Shown here piece by piece: positions 30,665-38,337 of a DNA stretch of 38,337 nt (positions within the stretch are counted from its first letter, which is position 1; the number at the start of each line of letters is the position of its first letter). The stretch is taken from positions 1 through 38,337 of the IMG/VR virus record IMGVR_UViG_3300037467_000331; one strand, 5' to 3'. A program made the position numbers and the translations under genes. The notes beneath the pieces were generated by a model, which was not told the origin of the DNA, did no database searches, and saw only the letters and a program-made list of their open reading frames with translations. The stretch is from a virus.

Positions 30665-32921
30665 TGCTCTCTCCATTATCTAGCGGAGGCAATAATTGCT
30701 GCTCCGTAACCAAAGGTGCGCTATCCCCAAGTAGGTCAGACTCAGGAGCGAAATTTTCTTGAACCGGTGTTTCAGGCATTAAAAAACCCTGCTGTTCGGC
30801 AGGGTTCTGTATGCTTTGCGCTTGCTCAGGTGGTGGTTCAGGCACACCTTGCTGCGAATAATCGTAATTCATTTGATTTGGCTGATAATCTTGAACTGAT
30901 TCGCCTTTAGTCATCCAATCTGGAGGGATTGAGTTAACATTTAGGCGGGCCTCAAGCAAAGAAATCGTACCTTTCAGTTCTTCAACATCCGCACGGCTTG
31001 CTGCTTGAATTTCAGCAACACGAATGTCTTTTTCAGCCTTAATTTGCTCTTTAAGAAGCTCGACATTCCGATCTTCAACTTTGTCGCTAACTTCTTTCTG
31101 AAGTTTCTCAAGTTCACCAGTAAGTTGCTGTACAAGTTGATCAAGCTGTGTAATTTGTGCTTTAGCTTGTTCAGGATTGATTTGACCTTCTTCAAGTAAC
31201 TGCGGCGGCATGAGTTTCTTCATGCGTTCTGCAATTTGCTTAGAGTTAAGTAAAGGTGAATCTTTAATAACGAGGTCACCAGCAGCTTGCATAATGTTTG
31301 GTGCAAACTGAGCTAATTGCATCATCAACTGGAATGACTGCTCGCGTTGAGTATTGAAGCTTGGGCCTGTGTCCATACGAACATCATAGCGACCGACTGA
31401 CATGTCATTCAAAACACCATTAATGGCTTTTGCTTGCTCATCTTCGTTTTGTGGTTGAGCATTTAGCTTAGCCATTTCTGATTCACCATCAGCACCAATA
31501 ATACGACGAACCATAGGCGTGTCGTAATAGACTGGATATAGGCCTAATAAAATACGACCACAGTGACGGATCGACTTATTGTCATTGTCTTGGAAATGGA
31601 ACTGTGAAGTTTCACCTTGACGTTGAAGCAAGCCAATTGCTCTACCAGACTGTTGATTTACATCTTGCCCCATCTGTGGCGCATGCATATTCAAAGTGTC
31701 TGCAATGAGCATTTTGGCTGATTCTGACGCATTTAAAATACCAACTGGCACTTGCGCAGAACCAATCTTGGCAGGAAGTGCACGCGGCTTGCCATTTTCA
31801 TCTAGAGATTTATAGCGAAGATGTTTATATGCTGAAGGATTATCCCACTCAGGCAGACCTTGCGTAGCGTGCTCATCCACCACAAGTAATTCATCTTGGT
31901 TCTTCTGAAGGATATTCGCCTCAGTAGACTTCCAGTAGTTGAATAGACGTTGAGGATCTTTAGCGAAGTGCACAAGTGAGAAGATATGACGCTTATCACC
32001 AATCCAGATTACTTCACCATACACAGGTACAATCGGAATGTACTTGCCAGGGAACACGCCAGTCTCGAGAACTTTACAGCCTGACAATTTCGCCCATTTA
32101 ATTTCAGTGCGAGTGGTATCACGCTCATTAAGGGAAAACTCTTTCAGCTCTGTTTCACTAAAGCTTTGCAGTAATACAGACTTAAATTCAGCAGTACCAT
32201 CTTCAAGCAAAAGTAATTTATCTTTAACTTCTTCCTTGTAGAAGTACTCGGCAATAAGAACAGTATTTTCTGTCTCATTGAACCAGTTTTCCACCCCATC
32301 CATTTCGAAATCAGATACAGCATCTTTACCATATTGGCTTTCTACTGCATCTTTATCTACCCACTCACAAACAAGGGCTTTGCTCATGTCTGAGCCATCC
32401 ATCTCACGCGATAACGGATCGATCAATACTGCTTCAGGGTTATGAACTGCCTTAAACTTTGGTTCTTGAGTAAAGCTTTTCTCATGAATGTAGTCGGAAG
32501 TAATACGAATAAAACCAACTGCACTATAAACAGCATTTTCAACTGCTGTGTCATTCACATCTTCAAAATTACTAGCTTCTTCAGTATCTTTAATGAGACC
32601 AGCTAAAACCTTAGCCATGTCTTCATCTGCACCATTATCGACTGGCACAACTTGAATCTGTGGTCGGTTCTGCTTATGCGTATTTACTTGTTGGCGGCAG
32701 TATGTATGTACAAGATTAAATTCTAAAGATGGTTTGCCTTGTAATTCACGCTCTTTCAAGGCTTTTGAATCCCATTGAGCGCCTTTTACAGTCACAAACT
32801 CTTTATCTTCTCGACCTTGGCAATAAATTTCATTCCAATAGTCTTGAGCATCGTCACGGAACTTCTTTGCTTGAGCGAGAATATCACTATTGTCTTTATC
32901 GACTTTTTCGTCTTTATCCAT
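30657..32921 (-). CDS. Portal protein with a long C-terminal coiled-coil/low-complexity extension (754 aa)
   Basis: It follows terL with a 1-nt gap, and its size is close to the P22 portal (725 aa). The C-terminal ~170 aa are helical and then Pro/Gln-rich. Confidence 0.85.
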   Translation of the reverse strand: MDKDEKVDKDNSDILAQAKKFRDDAQDYWNEIYCQGREDKEFVTVKGAQWDSKALKERELQGKPSLEFNLVHTYCRQQVNTHKQNRPQIQVVPVDNGADEDMAKVLAGLIKDTEEASNFEDVNDTAVENAVYSAVGFIRITSDYIHEKSFTQEPKFKAVHNPEAVLIDPLSREMDGSDMSKALVCEWVDKDAVESQYGKDAVSDFEMDGVENWFNETENTVLIAEYFYKEEVKDKLLLLEDGTAEFKSVLLQSFSETELKEFSLNERDTTRTEIKWAKLSGCKVLETGVFPGKYIPIVPVYGEVIWIGDKRHIFSLVHFAKDPQRLFNYWKSTEANILQKNQDELLVVDEHATQGLPEWDNPSAYKHLRYKSLDENGKPRALPAKIGSAQVPVGILNASESAKMLIADTLNMHAPQMGQDVNQQSGRAIGLLQRQGETSQFHFQDNDNKSIRHCGRILLGLYPVYYDTPMVRRIIGADGESEMAKLNAQPQNEDEQAKAINGVLNDMSVGRYDVRMDTGPSFNTQREQSFQLMMQLAQFAPNIMQAAGDLVIKDSPLLNSKQIAERMKKLMPPQLLEEGQINPEQAKAQITQLDQLVQQLTGELEKLQKEVSDKVEDRNVELLKEQIKAEKDIRVAEIQAASRADVEELKGTISLLEARLNVNSIPPDWMTKGESVQDYQPNQMNYDYSQQGVPEPPPEQAQSIQNPAEQQGFLMPETPVQENFAPESDLLGDSAPLVTEQQLLPPLDNGESNV

Positions 32922-32922
32922 T

Positions 32923-34464
32923 TTATCCCATCCAAGATGAAGCTGTTTTCGGTGGAGGTGGTGTTGAATTGGCAACTTGTCCTATTTTTTCTCGTACTTG
33001 CGCGAACTGGCGGAATGCATCCGCTGATTCAGAGTTCCCATCAGACTTGACCGGCTCGCTTGTATAAGTTTGAGCATGAGCATTGAATTTTCGTGTGTAG
33101 TTTTCTAAATGACGTAACCCATCTTTACAACGATCTTTGTCAAACCACACATCATTCATTAAGGCATCACGAGTCTTGTTAATACCATGAAGCAACTCAG
33201 AAACCCTTGGAACAATCACCACATCTTGAAGTCCTAAATTTTTAAGCATTTGCTGCGGAGATAGGTTCTGACTTTCGCCTTGACGGGCATGAGCACCATC
33301 ATGTGGCAAGTAGTGTTTGCCCCATAAGTAGCCTTTACTTTGCATAATCTTCACAAAGTATTCATATGGCTCACCCCAACCTTCTTCAAAATCAATGAAT
33401 AGGTCTTGCATACCAACACGTTGATGGAACCAAATAGCCGTACCATCTGAGTTACCAATATCCCAAAAGGTATTTACTGGAACATCAGTACGAATTGGTA
33501 GAGAGCAAATACGTTGTTCACGACGAACTTTGATAAATTGCTCTGTGTACCAACAGCCTTCTTTAGACTTCTTAAACGCCTCTTCTGGTGTTGATGGGTA
33601 TTCTTGCCACATCAATTCAGATGAGCCTTGAAAGTCATTATCTCGAGTTGCGATATACCAATTGCGTTGTTGCAATCCGATCTTTACATCGCACTCTTGC
33701 TCGATTCGCTCGAAATACTCATGTTCTTTTGAAGTGATATAAATATCTGCGTCTAAACTATATTCGTCAGCACCAAACCAAGGATAAAAGTGGAATTTAT
33801 AGTCTTTTTTACTTAGCTCCAAACCTGCCTCTTTCTTTTTGCGGGCAGTTTCAGACATCTTATAAAATGCGCCTTCATCCCCTTCTGCGGTAGACTCAAT
33901 TACTACAATCCCATTAGGTGCTACTGCTGGAATAGAACCAGTTAAAACTTCCTTTGCTTTATCTGGATATTTAGCACAGATCTTACCGAATTCCGACACA
34001 TGCAAATACTGCAACGTCCCAGAACGCATTGACGTACCAACAGTGATTGAACTGTTGTTGTGAGCAAACAGTAATTCACTTGCACTATCTCTCTCTAAAG
34101 GAAATTTAGCCTTAATTTCGGGTGGCAAGTTGTCATAAGCAAACTTTACTTTGTCTCGAAATAGCTTATCTGCTGAATACTTATCTTGTGCAATCATTCC
34201 AGCACGAGTATCACCTTTACCAAACAGACAACAATCCAAATAATAGATTGCAATCATTGTTGTAAACCCCAATTGACGGGCTTTTAAGATGATATTGCGG
34301 TACCAAAGATTATTAATAAAATCTAATTGATGTTCATTTGGAATGAATGGCGCTTTAAGCCCCTCATCTTCATCATCACCTTTGATAAGAATTTGATATA
34401 AAAACCCACTTGTCAGGCGCCACCACGGATCAGACAAGTTTTTCTCTAGCTCGTCTGCTTCCAT
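32923..34464 (-). CDS. terL: Terminase large subunit
   Basis: ATPase N-domain (ILKARQLGFTT, Walker-A-like) and a nuclease C-domain with acidic motifs. 513 aa, downstream of terS. Confidence 0.88.
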   Translation of the reverse strand: MEADELEKNLSDPWWRLTSGFLYQILIKGDDEDEGLKAPFIPNEHQLDFINNLWYRNIILKARQLGFTTMIAIYYLDCCLFGKGDTRAGMIAQDKYSADKLFRDKVKFAYDNLPPEIKAKFPLERDSASELLFAHNNSSITVGTSMRSGTLQYLHVSEFGKICAKYPDKAKEVLTGSIPAVAPNGIVVIESTAEGDEGAFYKMSETARKKKEAGLELSKKDYKFHFYPWFGADEYSLDADIYITSKEHEYFERIEQECDVKIGLQQRNWYIATRDNDFQGSSELMWQEYPSTPEEAFKKSKEGCWYTEQFIKVRREQRICSLPIRTDVPVNTFWDIGNSDGTAIWFHQRVGMQDLFIDFEEGWGEPYEYFVKIMQSKGYLWGKHYLPHDGAHARQGESQNLSPQQMLKNLGLQDVVIVPRVSELLHGINKTRDALMNDVWFDKDRCKDGLRHLENYTRKFNAHAQTYTSEPVKSDGNSESADAFRQFAQVREKIGQVANSTPPPPKTASSWMG

Positions 34465-34468
34465 ATAT

Positions 34469-35026
34469 TTACCCTTTTGGTTTTAAAGTGTTCCCGCTTG
34501 CACGTTGAAGTAATTCTTTAAGAGGGTCAGAAACATCGTGTTCAATCTTCTCTTTAAACGCCCCAACAGCAATATGCTTGCCTAATAGCTCAAGGTTTTT
34601 AACTTTGTCAGGCCATTTGATTTTCTTTAGCCAGCCGCTTTGTTCACGGTCTTCGCCATAGCCTTCAAACTCTTCGTTGTTTTCAATGTTTGAGACAAAC
34701 TGACGCCAAACTTTTGGCCAATCGCTAATAGGTTTTAGACAGAAGTTATCATTCATGATGTCCAATACATCCATCTGGTCAATTTCAACCAGACGACGCA
34801 AGACATAATCTGCATCAACATCAACACGGTTCAAGCGCTGTCCATTAAGGTAAGCAATGCGCTCTTCTACTTCCTCACGTTGCAGTACATCCCAAGCATG
34901 TTGACGTGTTTTAAACCCTACTGTTTTGCCTGCCTCTTGGGCACTTAACGTTTTTAAATATTCGTGGCAGAACTCTTCATGGCGTAAATTCTTTAAGGGT
35001 TCTGCGCCTTTGATTTGTTCTTCCAT
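34469..35026 (-). CDS. terS: Terminase small subunit
   Basis: RHEEFCHEYLKTLSAQEAGKTVGF is the Terminase_2-type N-terminal HTH. It lies immediately upstream of terL. Confidence 0.75.
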   Translation of the reverse strand: MEEQIKGAEPLKNLRHEEFCHEYLKTLSAQEAGKTVGFKTRQHAWDVLQREEVEERIAYLNGQRLNRVDVDADYVLRRLVEIDQMDVLDIMNDNFCLKPISDWPKVWRQFVSNIENNEEFEGYGEDREQSGWLKKIKWPDKVKNLELLGKHIAVGAFKEKIEHDVSDPLKELLQRASGNTLKPKG

Positions 35027-35041
35027 TTATTTACCTCATTT

Positions 35042-35063
35042 AAAAACCCGCTTATTGCGGGTT
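35042..35063 (-). terminator. Intrinsic terminator just upstream of terS
   Basis: aacccgc-ttatt-gcgggtt followed by ttttaaa on the minus strand. The stop codon of the 65-aa gene sits in the loop. Confidence 0.6.
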
Positions 35064-35249
35064 CTGTTTTCCTACGTTTTCTTTCATAAGCTCCAGAGCT
35101 TTACTTTGTTCTTCACGGCTCTGGAAGCCAAAGTCATGTCTATGGCCACCCTTTGTGTAGACAACCAAGTTGTACATCCCTTCCAAATTGCAGGAGAATG
35201 CTTCAATACTTGAATACAATATATGCATATCACGATGAGCAAAGAACAT
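35052..35249 (-). CDS. Hypothetical protein (65 aa)
   Basis: AAGAGGA RBS. No recognisable motif. Confidence 0.45.
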   Translation of the reverse strand: MFFAHRDMHILYSSIEAFSCNLEGMYNLVVYTKGGHRHDFGFQSREEQSKALELMKENVGKQNPQ

Positions 35250-35303
35250 TATTTTTTCCTCTTATAATGTTTAAAGAAAAAACAATATATCTTAGATGTT
35301 TAA

Positions 35304-35786
35304 CTATTCCAACGCATATTTAAGGTCATCAGGCGTTTCCAAATAACACCCTTGTTTCAAACAAAATGCATGTATGTCGTTTAGGTATTCAGTGAATTGA
35401 GCTGTACTTGCATCTGTCGTGCTCATAAGCTCACATAGTCCATCTGCCACTTGCTGATAGGCTGGATGATTCTGCTTCTTTAGCACCTTTACCGCATCGA
35501 ATGTATTTCTATACTGTCCAACATCATCGCGGTAGTAGATGACAGCAAGAAGCTTTCTCTTAAAGAACAAATGCTCTGAATCTTTATCAGTGCCTTGATG
35601 TTTAGCCCATTGGGTTAAGTACATCCAATAGAGTCTATTTTGTGCCTTTGTGCGGTCTTTCTCTTGAGGTGCTATTAAGACAACTAAAGGCTTCCCTTCA
35701 ACTGCTGCATGTGAATGGTTTTTGTTTAGATAATTCGTCACATATGTGATGTCGCAATGGTTCTTAATAGTGAATCTTGATTCCAT
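35304..35786 (-). CDS. ninB: NinB/Orf-family recombination mediator
   Basis: RTKAQNRLYWMYLTQWA parallels lambda NinB RSLDQNRKLWACLGDVS. STTDASTAQFTEYLNDIHAFC parallels STSRMRVGEFAELLELIQAF. The ATG at 35786 has a GAGGT RBS. Confidence 0.65.
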   Translation of the reverse strand: MESRFTIKNHCDITYVTNYLNKNHSHAAVEGKPLVVLIAPQEKDRTKAQNRLYWMYLTQWAKHQGTDKDSEHLFFKRKLLAVIYYRDDVGQYRNTFDAVKVLKKQNHPAYQQVADGLCELMSTTDASTAQFTEYLNDIHAFCLKQGCYLETPDDLKYALE

Positions 35787-35829
35787 TTTGACCTCAGCTT
35801 CGTACGATAAAGTTTTCAAACACTTAGCA

Positions 35830-35855
35830 ATAAAAAACCGTCTTAATTGACGGTT
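35830..35855 (-). terminator. Intrinsic terminator upstream of ninB
   Basis: aaccgtc-ttaatt-gacggtt followed by ttttttatt on the minus strand. Confidence 0.65.
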
Positions 35856-36067
35856 GGATGAAGCACTTCCTTAAACTTAGTGTGAAGCACCTTTATCTGG
35901 TCTTCTGTTAAGTCTTTCTTGTGATAAAGCATTATATCATTGCCACCTTCATGCCAAGGTAGATAATGACAAACATCATATTCATTCAAGACTTCAAGCG
36001 TTAGTGAATCTAGTTTAGTGAAAATGAAATCACCTTCAACCAACTTTGCTAAGTATTTAATTTCCAC
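35843..36067 (-). CDS. Hypothetical protein (74 aa, GTG start)
   Basis: The only long frame here. The start codon is GTG with a weak AGGT upstream. Confidence 0.4.
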   Translation of the reverse strand: MEIKYLAKLVEGDFIFTKLDSLTLEVLNEYDVCHYLPWHEGGNDIMLYHKKDLTEDQIKVLHTKFKEVLHPTVN

Positions 36068-36105
36068 AAGTGACCTACATATATGGTTGGATAATAACCA
36101 TTATA

Positions 36106-36381
36106 TCAAAACGGCTCTTCTGGATGTTGGTGCAACATTCGCTCAGTCTTCTCCAACCACCCATCAAACAAAGCTTCTGATTCTTGTCTTGTACCTAGTT
36201 TGAATTGGTCGAATGCAGCATGACAAATTGCACATAATGGTATCGTGTAGGCATCTGAACTTTTGATACCTCTACCTTTGCCGTGCTTCGAACTATTTGA
36301 ATGTGCAGCCTGTGAAGGATTCTGCCCGCATCTAACACAAGGCAACAACCGAATAGCCTTCAATCGCTTTGCATCACGCAT
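36106..36381 (-). CDS. Zinc-binding HNH-like protein, Ref/DUF968-type (91 aa)
   Basis: CVRCGQNPSQAAH...GKGRGIKSSDAYTIPLCAICH, that is CxxC...H...CxxCH as in the P1 Ref/DUF968 family. Assignment is from memory. Confidence 0.45.
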   Translation of the reverse strand: MRDAKRLKAIRLLPCVRCGQNPSQAAHSNSSKHGKGRGIKSSDAYTIPLCAICHAAFDQFKLGTRQESEALFDGWLEKTERMLHQHPEEPF

Positions 36382-36544
36382 GTAGATTGCTTCTAATGTT
36401 TTTCACTTGGTCTTTGTGTCGCTTAATCTTCGCGTCAATATCAAGCATTTCTTTTGCTGTCATCAAACCACGTGAAAGGTTCTGTAGCTTTTCAATTTCA
36501 TTGCACAAAGCATTTAAATTCTTCTTCGCTTCGATTGTGTCCAT
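36374..36544 (-). CDS. Unannotated small coiled-coil ORF (56 aa)
   Basis: The ATG at 36544 follows GGGGTGAG. MDTIEAKKNLNALCNEIEKLQNL... It overlaps the next ATG by 8 nt. Confidence 0.4.
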   Translation of the reverse strand: MDTIEAKKNLNALCNEIEKLQNLSRGLMTAKEMLDIDAKIKRHKDQVKNIRSNLHA

Positions 36545-36551
36545 ACTCACC

Positions 36552-36584
36552 CCAAAAAAAAGAAAACCCCGTCAACTGACAGGG
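36552..36584 (-). terminator. Strong intrinsic terminator after the zinc-ribbon ORF
   Basis: A 7-bp stem ccctgtc/gacgggg (one G-U pair) with loop agtt, followed by ttttcttttttttg on the minus strand. Confidence 0.75.
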
Positions 36585-36698
36585 CTACAAAGATTTAACC
36601 TTTCCACACTTTCTGCATTCTTTGATTGGGTCTCTGTTGTAATCCAATTCATGTTCCCAACAATGCCAACAGAATACTTGCTTGATGATTCGGAGCAT
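36585..36698 (-). CDS. Small zinc-ribbon protein (37 aa)
   Basis: Track ORF trimmed to MLRIIKQVFCWHCWEH...ECRKCGKV (CxxC...CxxC). GGAGG lies 5 nt upstream. Confidence 0.45.
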   Translation of the reverse strand: MLRIIKQVFCWHCWEHELDYNRDPIKECRKCGKVKSL

Positions 36699-36736
36699 GT
36701 GACCTCCAAAATGCAAAGGAAACGTAGCGAAAGCTT

Positions 36737-36943
36737 TTAGAACAGCTCGATACGATTCAACAAAATTACATAGTACTCTGTCATTGCTGAAAATTGAGCT
36801 TGGAGAAGCCCCCAATTCTGATCATCAATAAACTTAGGCTGCCCTTTATCTAAGAACTCTTTGAGCTTGTGAAGACGATCAGCTAACTGCTCTTTTTCTT
36901 CTACAACTCGCTGCTCATGTGGTTGCAATTCTTTATCTGACAT
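36737..36943 (-). CDS. Hypothetical helical protein (68 aa), first gene after the leader terminator
   Basis: Trimmed to MSDKELQPHEQRVVEEKEQL with a purine-rich RBS. The longer track version would span the promoter and terminator. Confidence 0.5.
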   Translation of the reverse strand: MSDKELQPHEQRVVEEKEQLADRLHKLKEFLDKGQPKFIDDQNWGLLQAQFSAMTEYYVILLNRIELF

Positions 36944-36965
36944 TCTTCTTCTCACTTTTCGATAG

Positions 36966-36998
36966 GCAACAAAAAAGCCCATCGAATGATGAGCTTTT
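36966..36998 (-). terminator. tR'-like intrinsic terminator about 60 nt downstream of the late promoter
   Basis: gcucauc-auuc-gaugggc (one G-U pair) followed by ttttttgtt on the minus strand. Confidence 0.65.
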
Positions 36999-37031
36999 GA
37001 AATAAGGCAGTGAACCACATACACTACGGTC

Positions 37032-37071
37032 ACTATAACATGAATATATCAAAGTACACCCTGACTTTCAA
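37032..37071 (-). promoter_or_regulatory. pR'-like late promoter with an extended -10 and a downstream -10-like repeat
   Basis: The minus strand reads TTGAAA-17 nt-TATATT, with TGa immediately upstream of the -10 (TGATATATT). A second -10-like hexamer TATAGT follows 5 nt later. The -35 overlaps the Q stop codon. Confidence 0.6.
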
Positions 37072-37529
37072 GCTCCTATTATGCGACTTTTGAATTGATA
37101 TTTTGTGGCAAGACGAACCATGCCTAACATTTTGTCGCGAGCTACTGAGAACTCAGAAACTCCAAGCTTCTTAGCAATTGCTTCCTCTGACTTGAACTCG
37201 ACATAAAACATTATGACAACCCTCATCCATTGTTTAGTTTTGGTTGTTTCATTTTGCATTAAATGAGTAAGCATATCTGCTACTGCATCAGCATGTGCAT
37301 CATTGATTTTGCATAGTGGCGCTACACGTTGACGACGATCAACTACAACACCATTAGCTGTATCAATCAAATGACCTAAGACACTTGATTCTCCTAAACT
37401 GAAATAATGATCATCTAACAGCAACCAAGATCCATATTGCTCCAAGTGCCACTCAATAGGCTTCTCATGCCAGTTAATAGCTACTGAGAAATGTTTTCTA
37501 TTCAATTGTGTATTCACTGCCGCATTCAT
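37068..37529 (-). CDS. Q-type late-gene antiterminator (153 aa)
   Basis: The architecture matches the phage-21/DLP12 QuuD-type Q. LEQYGSWLL parallels LERWGAWAA. KINDAHADAVADML...VIMFYVEFKSEEAIAKKLGVSEFSVARDKMLGMVRL parallels DDDAMIICGCM...VDYYVVGMTFMSLAGK...IGKRLQKAEGIIEGML. Confidence 0.55.
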   Translation of the reverse strand: MNAAVNTQLNRKHFSVAINWHEKPIEWHLEQYGSWLLLDDHYFSLGESSVLGHLIDTANGVVVDRRQRVAPLCKINDAHADAVADMLTHLMQNETTKTKQWMRVVIMFYVEFKSEEAIAKKLGVSEFSVARDKMLGMVRLATKYQFKSRIIGA

Positions 37530-37538
37530 ACCGTCACC

Positions 37539-37964
37539 CTATATCATCAAATACTTTTTAATTTCATCTATTGCCTCATCTGCCCCGAAACAGACTTTGC
37601 ACATGTAACCTTGCTCTTCTAATCGCTGAATCATGAGTCTTTGACTTGGTTGGAGCTTTCCTTTCTTAGCCTTCAACTCAATCCACAATCCATGCACTTG
37701 ACCATTTGGCACAATAAGCTGAAGGTCTGGAACACCAGCCTTCACACCCATCTTCTTAAACTTTGATGCTTCAATAATGTTTCTAGATCCACCATTGGGA
37801 ATATGAAATAAGTAATCACTCAAACGACCTGAACCAAACTTCACATGATGTGCCCAGCTCATGAGCGTCATCTGTTCTTGATCTTCTGTAGGCACTCGAT
37901 TAAATCGCTTAGAACGAGCTGCCTTCTGTGACTGGATTTTTTGAGCCTCTTTGAATGTGGTCAT
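37539..37964 (-). CDS. VRR-NUC domain nuclease (PD-(D/E)xK)
   Basis: EDQEQMTLMSWA...FHIPNGGSRN...GVKAGVPDLQLIVP...LWIELKAKKGKLQPSQ is the VRR-NUC signature. Confidence 0.8.
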   Translation of the reverse strand: MTTFKEAQKIQSQKAARSKRFNRVPTEDQEQMTLMSWAHHVKFGSGRLSDYLFHIPNGGSRNIIEASKFKKMGVKAGVPDLQLIVPNGQVHGLWIELKAKKGKLQPSQRLMIQRLEEQGYMCKVCFGADEAIDEIKKYLMI

Positions 37965-38215
37965 GGCAGCACCTCAAAGTATTTACTGAATGTTTTATCG
38001 TTATGTGCAACATGAACAAGAGTTAGTGGTGAATCTGTCTTATACAAATAATCCCCTATATCTATGCCTTGATTCCCAACAAACCCAGACAATACAAAGT
38101 CTTCACCTTGCATATATACTTTGGAATCAGTTCCTTTTAGAAAATCGTCTAGTTCTTCAGTAATTCCCTCAAACTGTATCGATTCATACTCTTGTGGGAT
38201 TGTTCTTAGCTTCAT
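37961..38215 (-). CDS. Hypothetical protein (84 aa) starting inside the terminal repeat
   Basis: Trimmed to MKLRTIPQEYES. The GGGGGAGG RBS and ATGA overlap with the stop of the gene at 2-775 are visible only once the ends are joined. Confidence 0.5.
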   Translation of the reverse strand: MKLRTIPQEYESIQFEGITEELDDFLKGTDSKVYMQGEDFVLSGFVGNQGIDIGDYLYKTDSPLTLVHVAHNDKTFSKYFEVLP

Positions 38216-38337
38216 ACCTCCCCCTTGAGCGCTTGCTCTAACTCTTTTATGCAAATTTCCATCATGTCAGCACTAGCTAGAAAAGTAGAATCTTGAAACT
38301 TTTGTCCACGTTTGCGAATTACATCTGCTTGCTCTTG
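38211..38337. repeat. Right copy of the 127-bp terminal direct repeat
   Basis: Exact copy of 1-127. Confidence 0.95.

Larger units (their letters stand above)
1..38210. mobile_element. Complete circular genome unit of a temperate podovirus with P22-like module order (host probably Acinetobacter)
   Basis: The identical 127-bp ends imply a 38,210-bp circle. It contains int/xis/attP-like DNA, a cI-cro switch, an O-like initiator plus DnaB, Q, terS-terL-portal-scaffold-coat, ejection proteins, tail fibres and holin-endolysin. There are no tail tube, sheath or tape-measure genes. Confidence 0.85.

Noticed and set aside
1-38337. The terminal 127-bp direct repeats as genuine T7-like direct terminal repeats or element LTRs
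   Set aside because: The repeat cuts through an ordinary coding junction, and its length equals a common assembler k-mer. The phage has P22-like terminase/portal genes that suggest headful packaging. It is best read as a circularisation overlap, although read-level terminus analysis is needed for certainty.
1-38337. CRISPR arrays, rRNA, tRNA or retron-like ncRNA
   Set aside because: No regularly spaced repeat-spacer array and no conserved rRNA/tRNA sequence blocks were seen. The intergenic regions are short and are explained by terminators, promoters and operators.

Overview
The window is one complete, circularly closed temperate phage genome. Bases 1-127 recur exactly at 38211-38337, which looks like an assembler overlap, so the unique unit is 38,210 bp. 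Content and order are lambdoid/P22-like and podoviral, with no tail tube, sheath or tape-measure genes. The plus strand carries a cI-type S24 repressor operon (5847-6776). It also carries an early recombination/methylase operon ending in xis (6993-11300) and an orphan Y-family polymerase gene, umuC (13018-14310). The integrase (11308-12528, minus) lies next to an AT-rich attP-like region with arm-type repeats. One long minus-strand unit starts at cro (5722) and runs through a cII-position gene, an O-like initiator with internal iterons, DnaB, HTH proteins and a short C5-methylase-like gene. It crosses the circular junction to VRR-NUC and a Q-like antiterminator, followed by a promoter/leader/terminator cassette and nin-type genes (Ref-like, NinB). 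It continues through terS, terL, portal, scaffold, coat, adaptor and hub genes, ejection proteins including a lambda-R-type transglycosylase, two receptor-binding proteins, two holin-like proteins and a GH24 endolysin. The items most worth follow-up are: (1) an Asp/Asn-hydroxylase-like 2OG oxygenase, a cupin and a 41-codon micro-ORF translationally coupled inside the virion operon; (2) the att-proximal orphan umuC preceded by a TTGAA-N11-TTCAA palindrome; (3) a Q/extended -10 promoter/-10-like repeat/terminator cassette, with about ten further intrinsic terminators in the late unit; (4) iterons inside the initiator gene; (5) an oop-like antisense terminator; (6) several unannotated small ORFs. 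No rRNA, tRNA or CRISPR array was seen. All functional calls rest on motif recognition by eye. The host guess (Acinetobacter) is inference.
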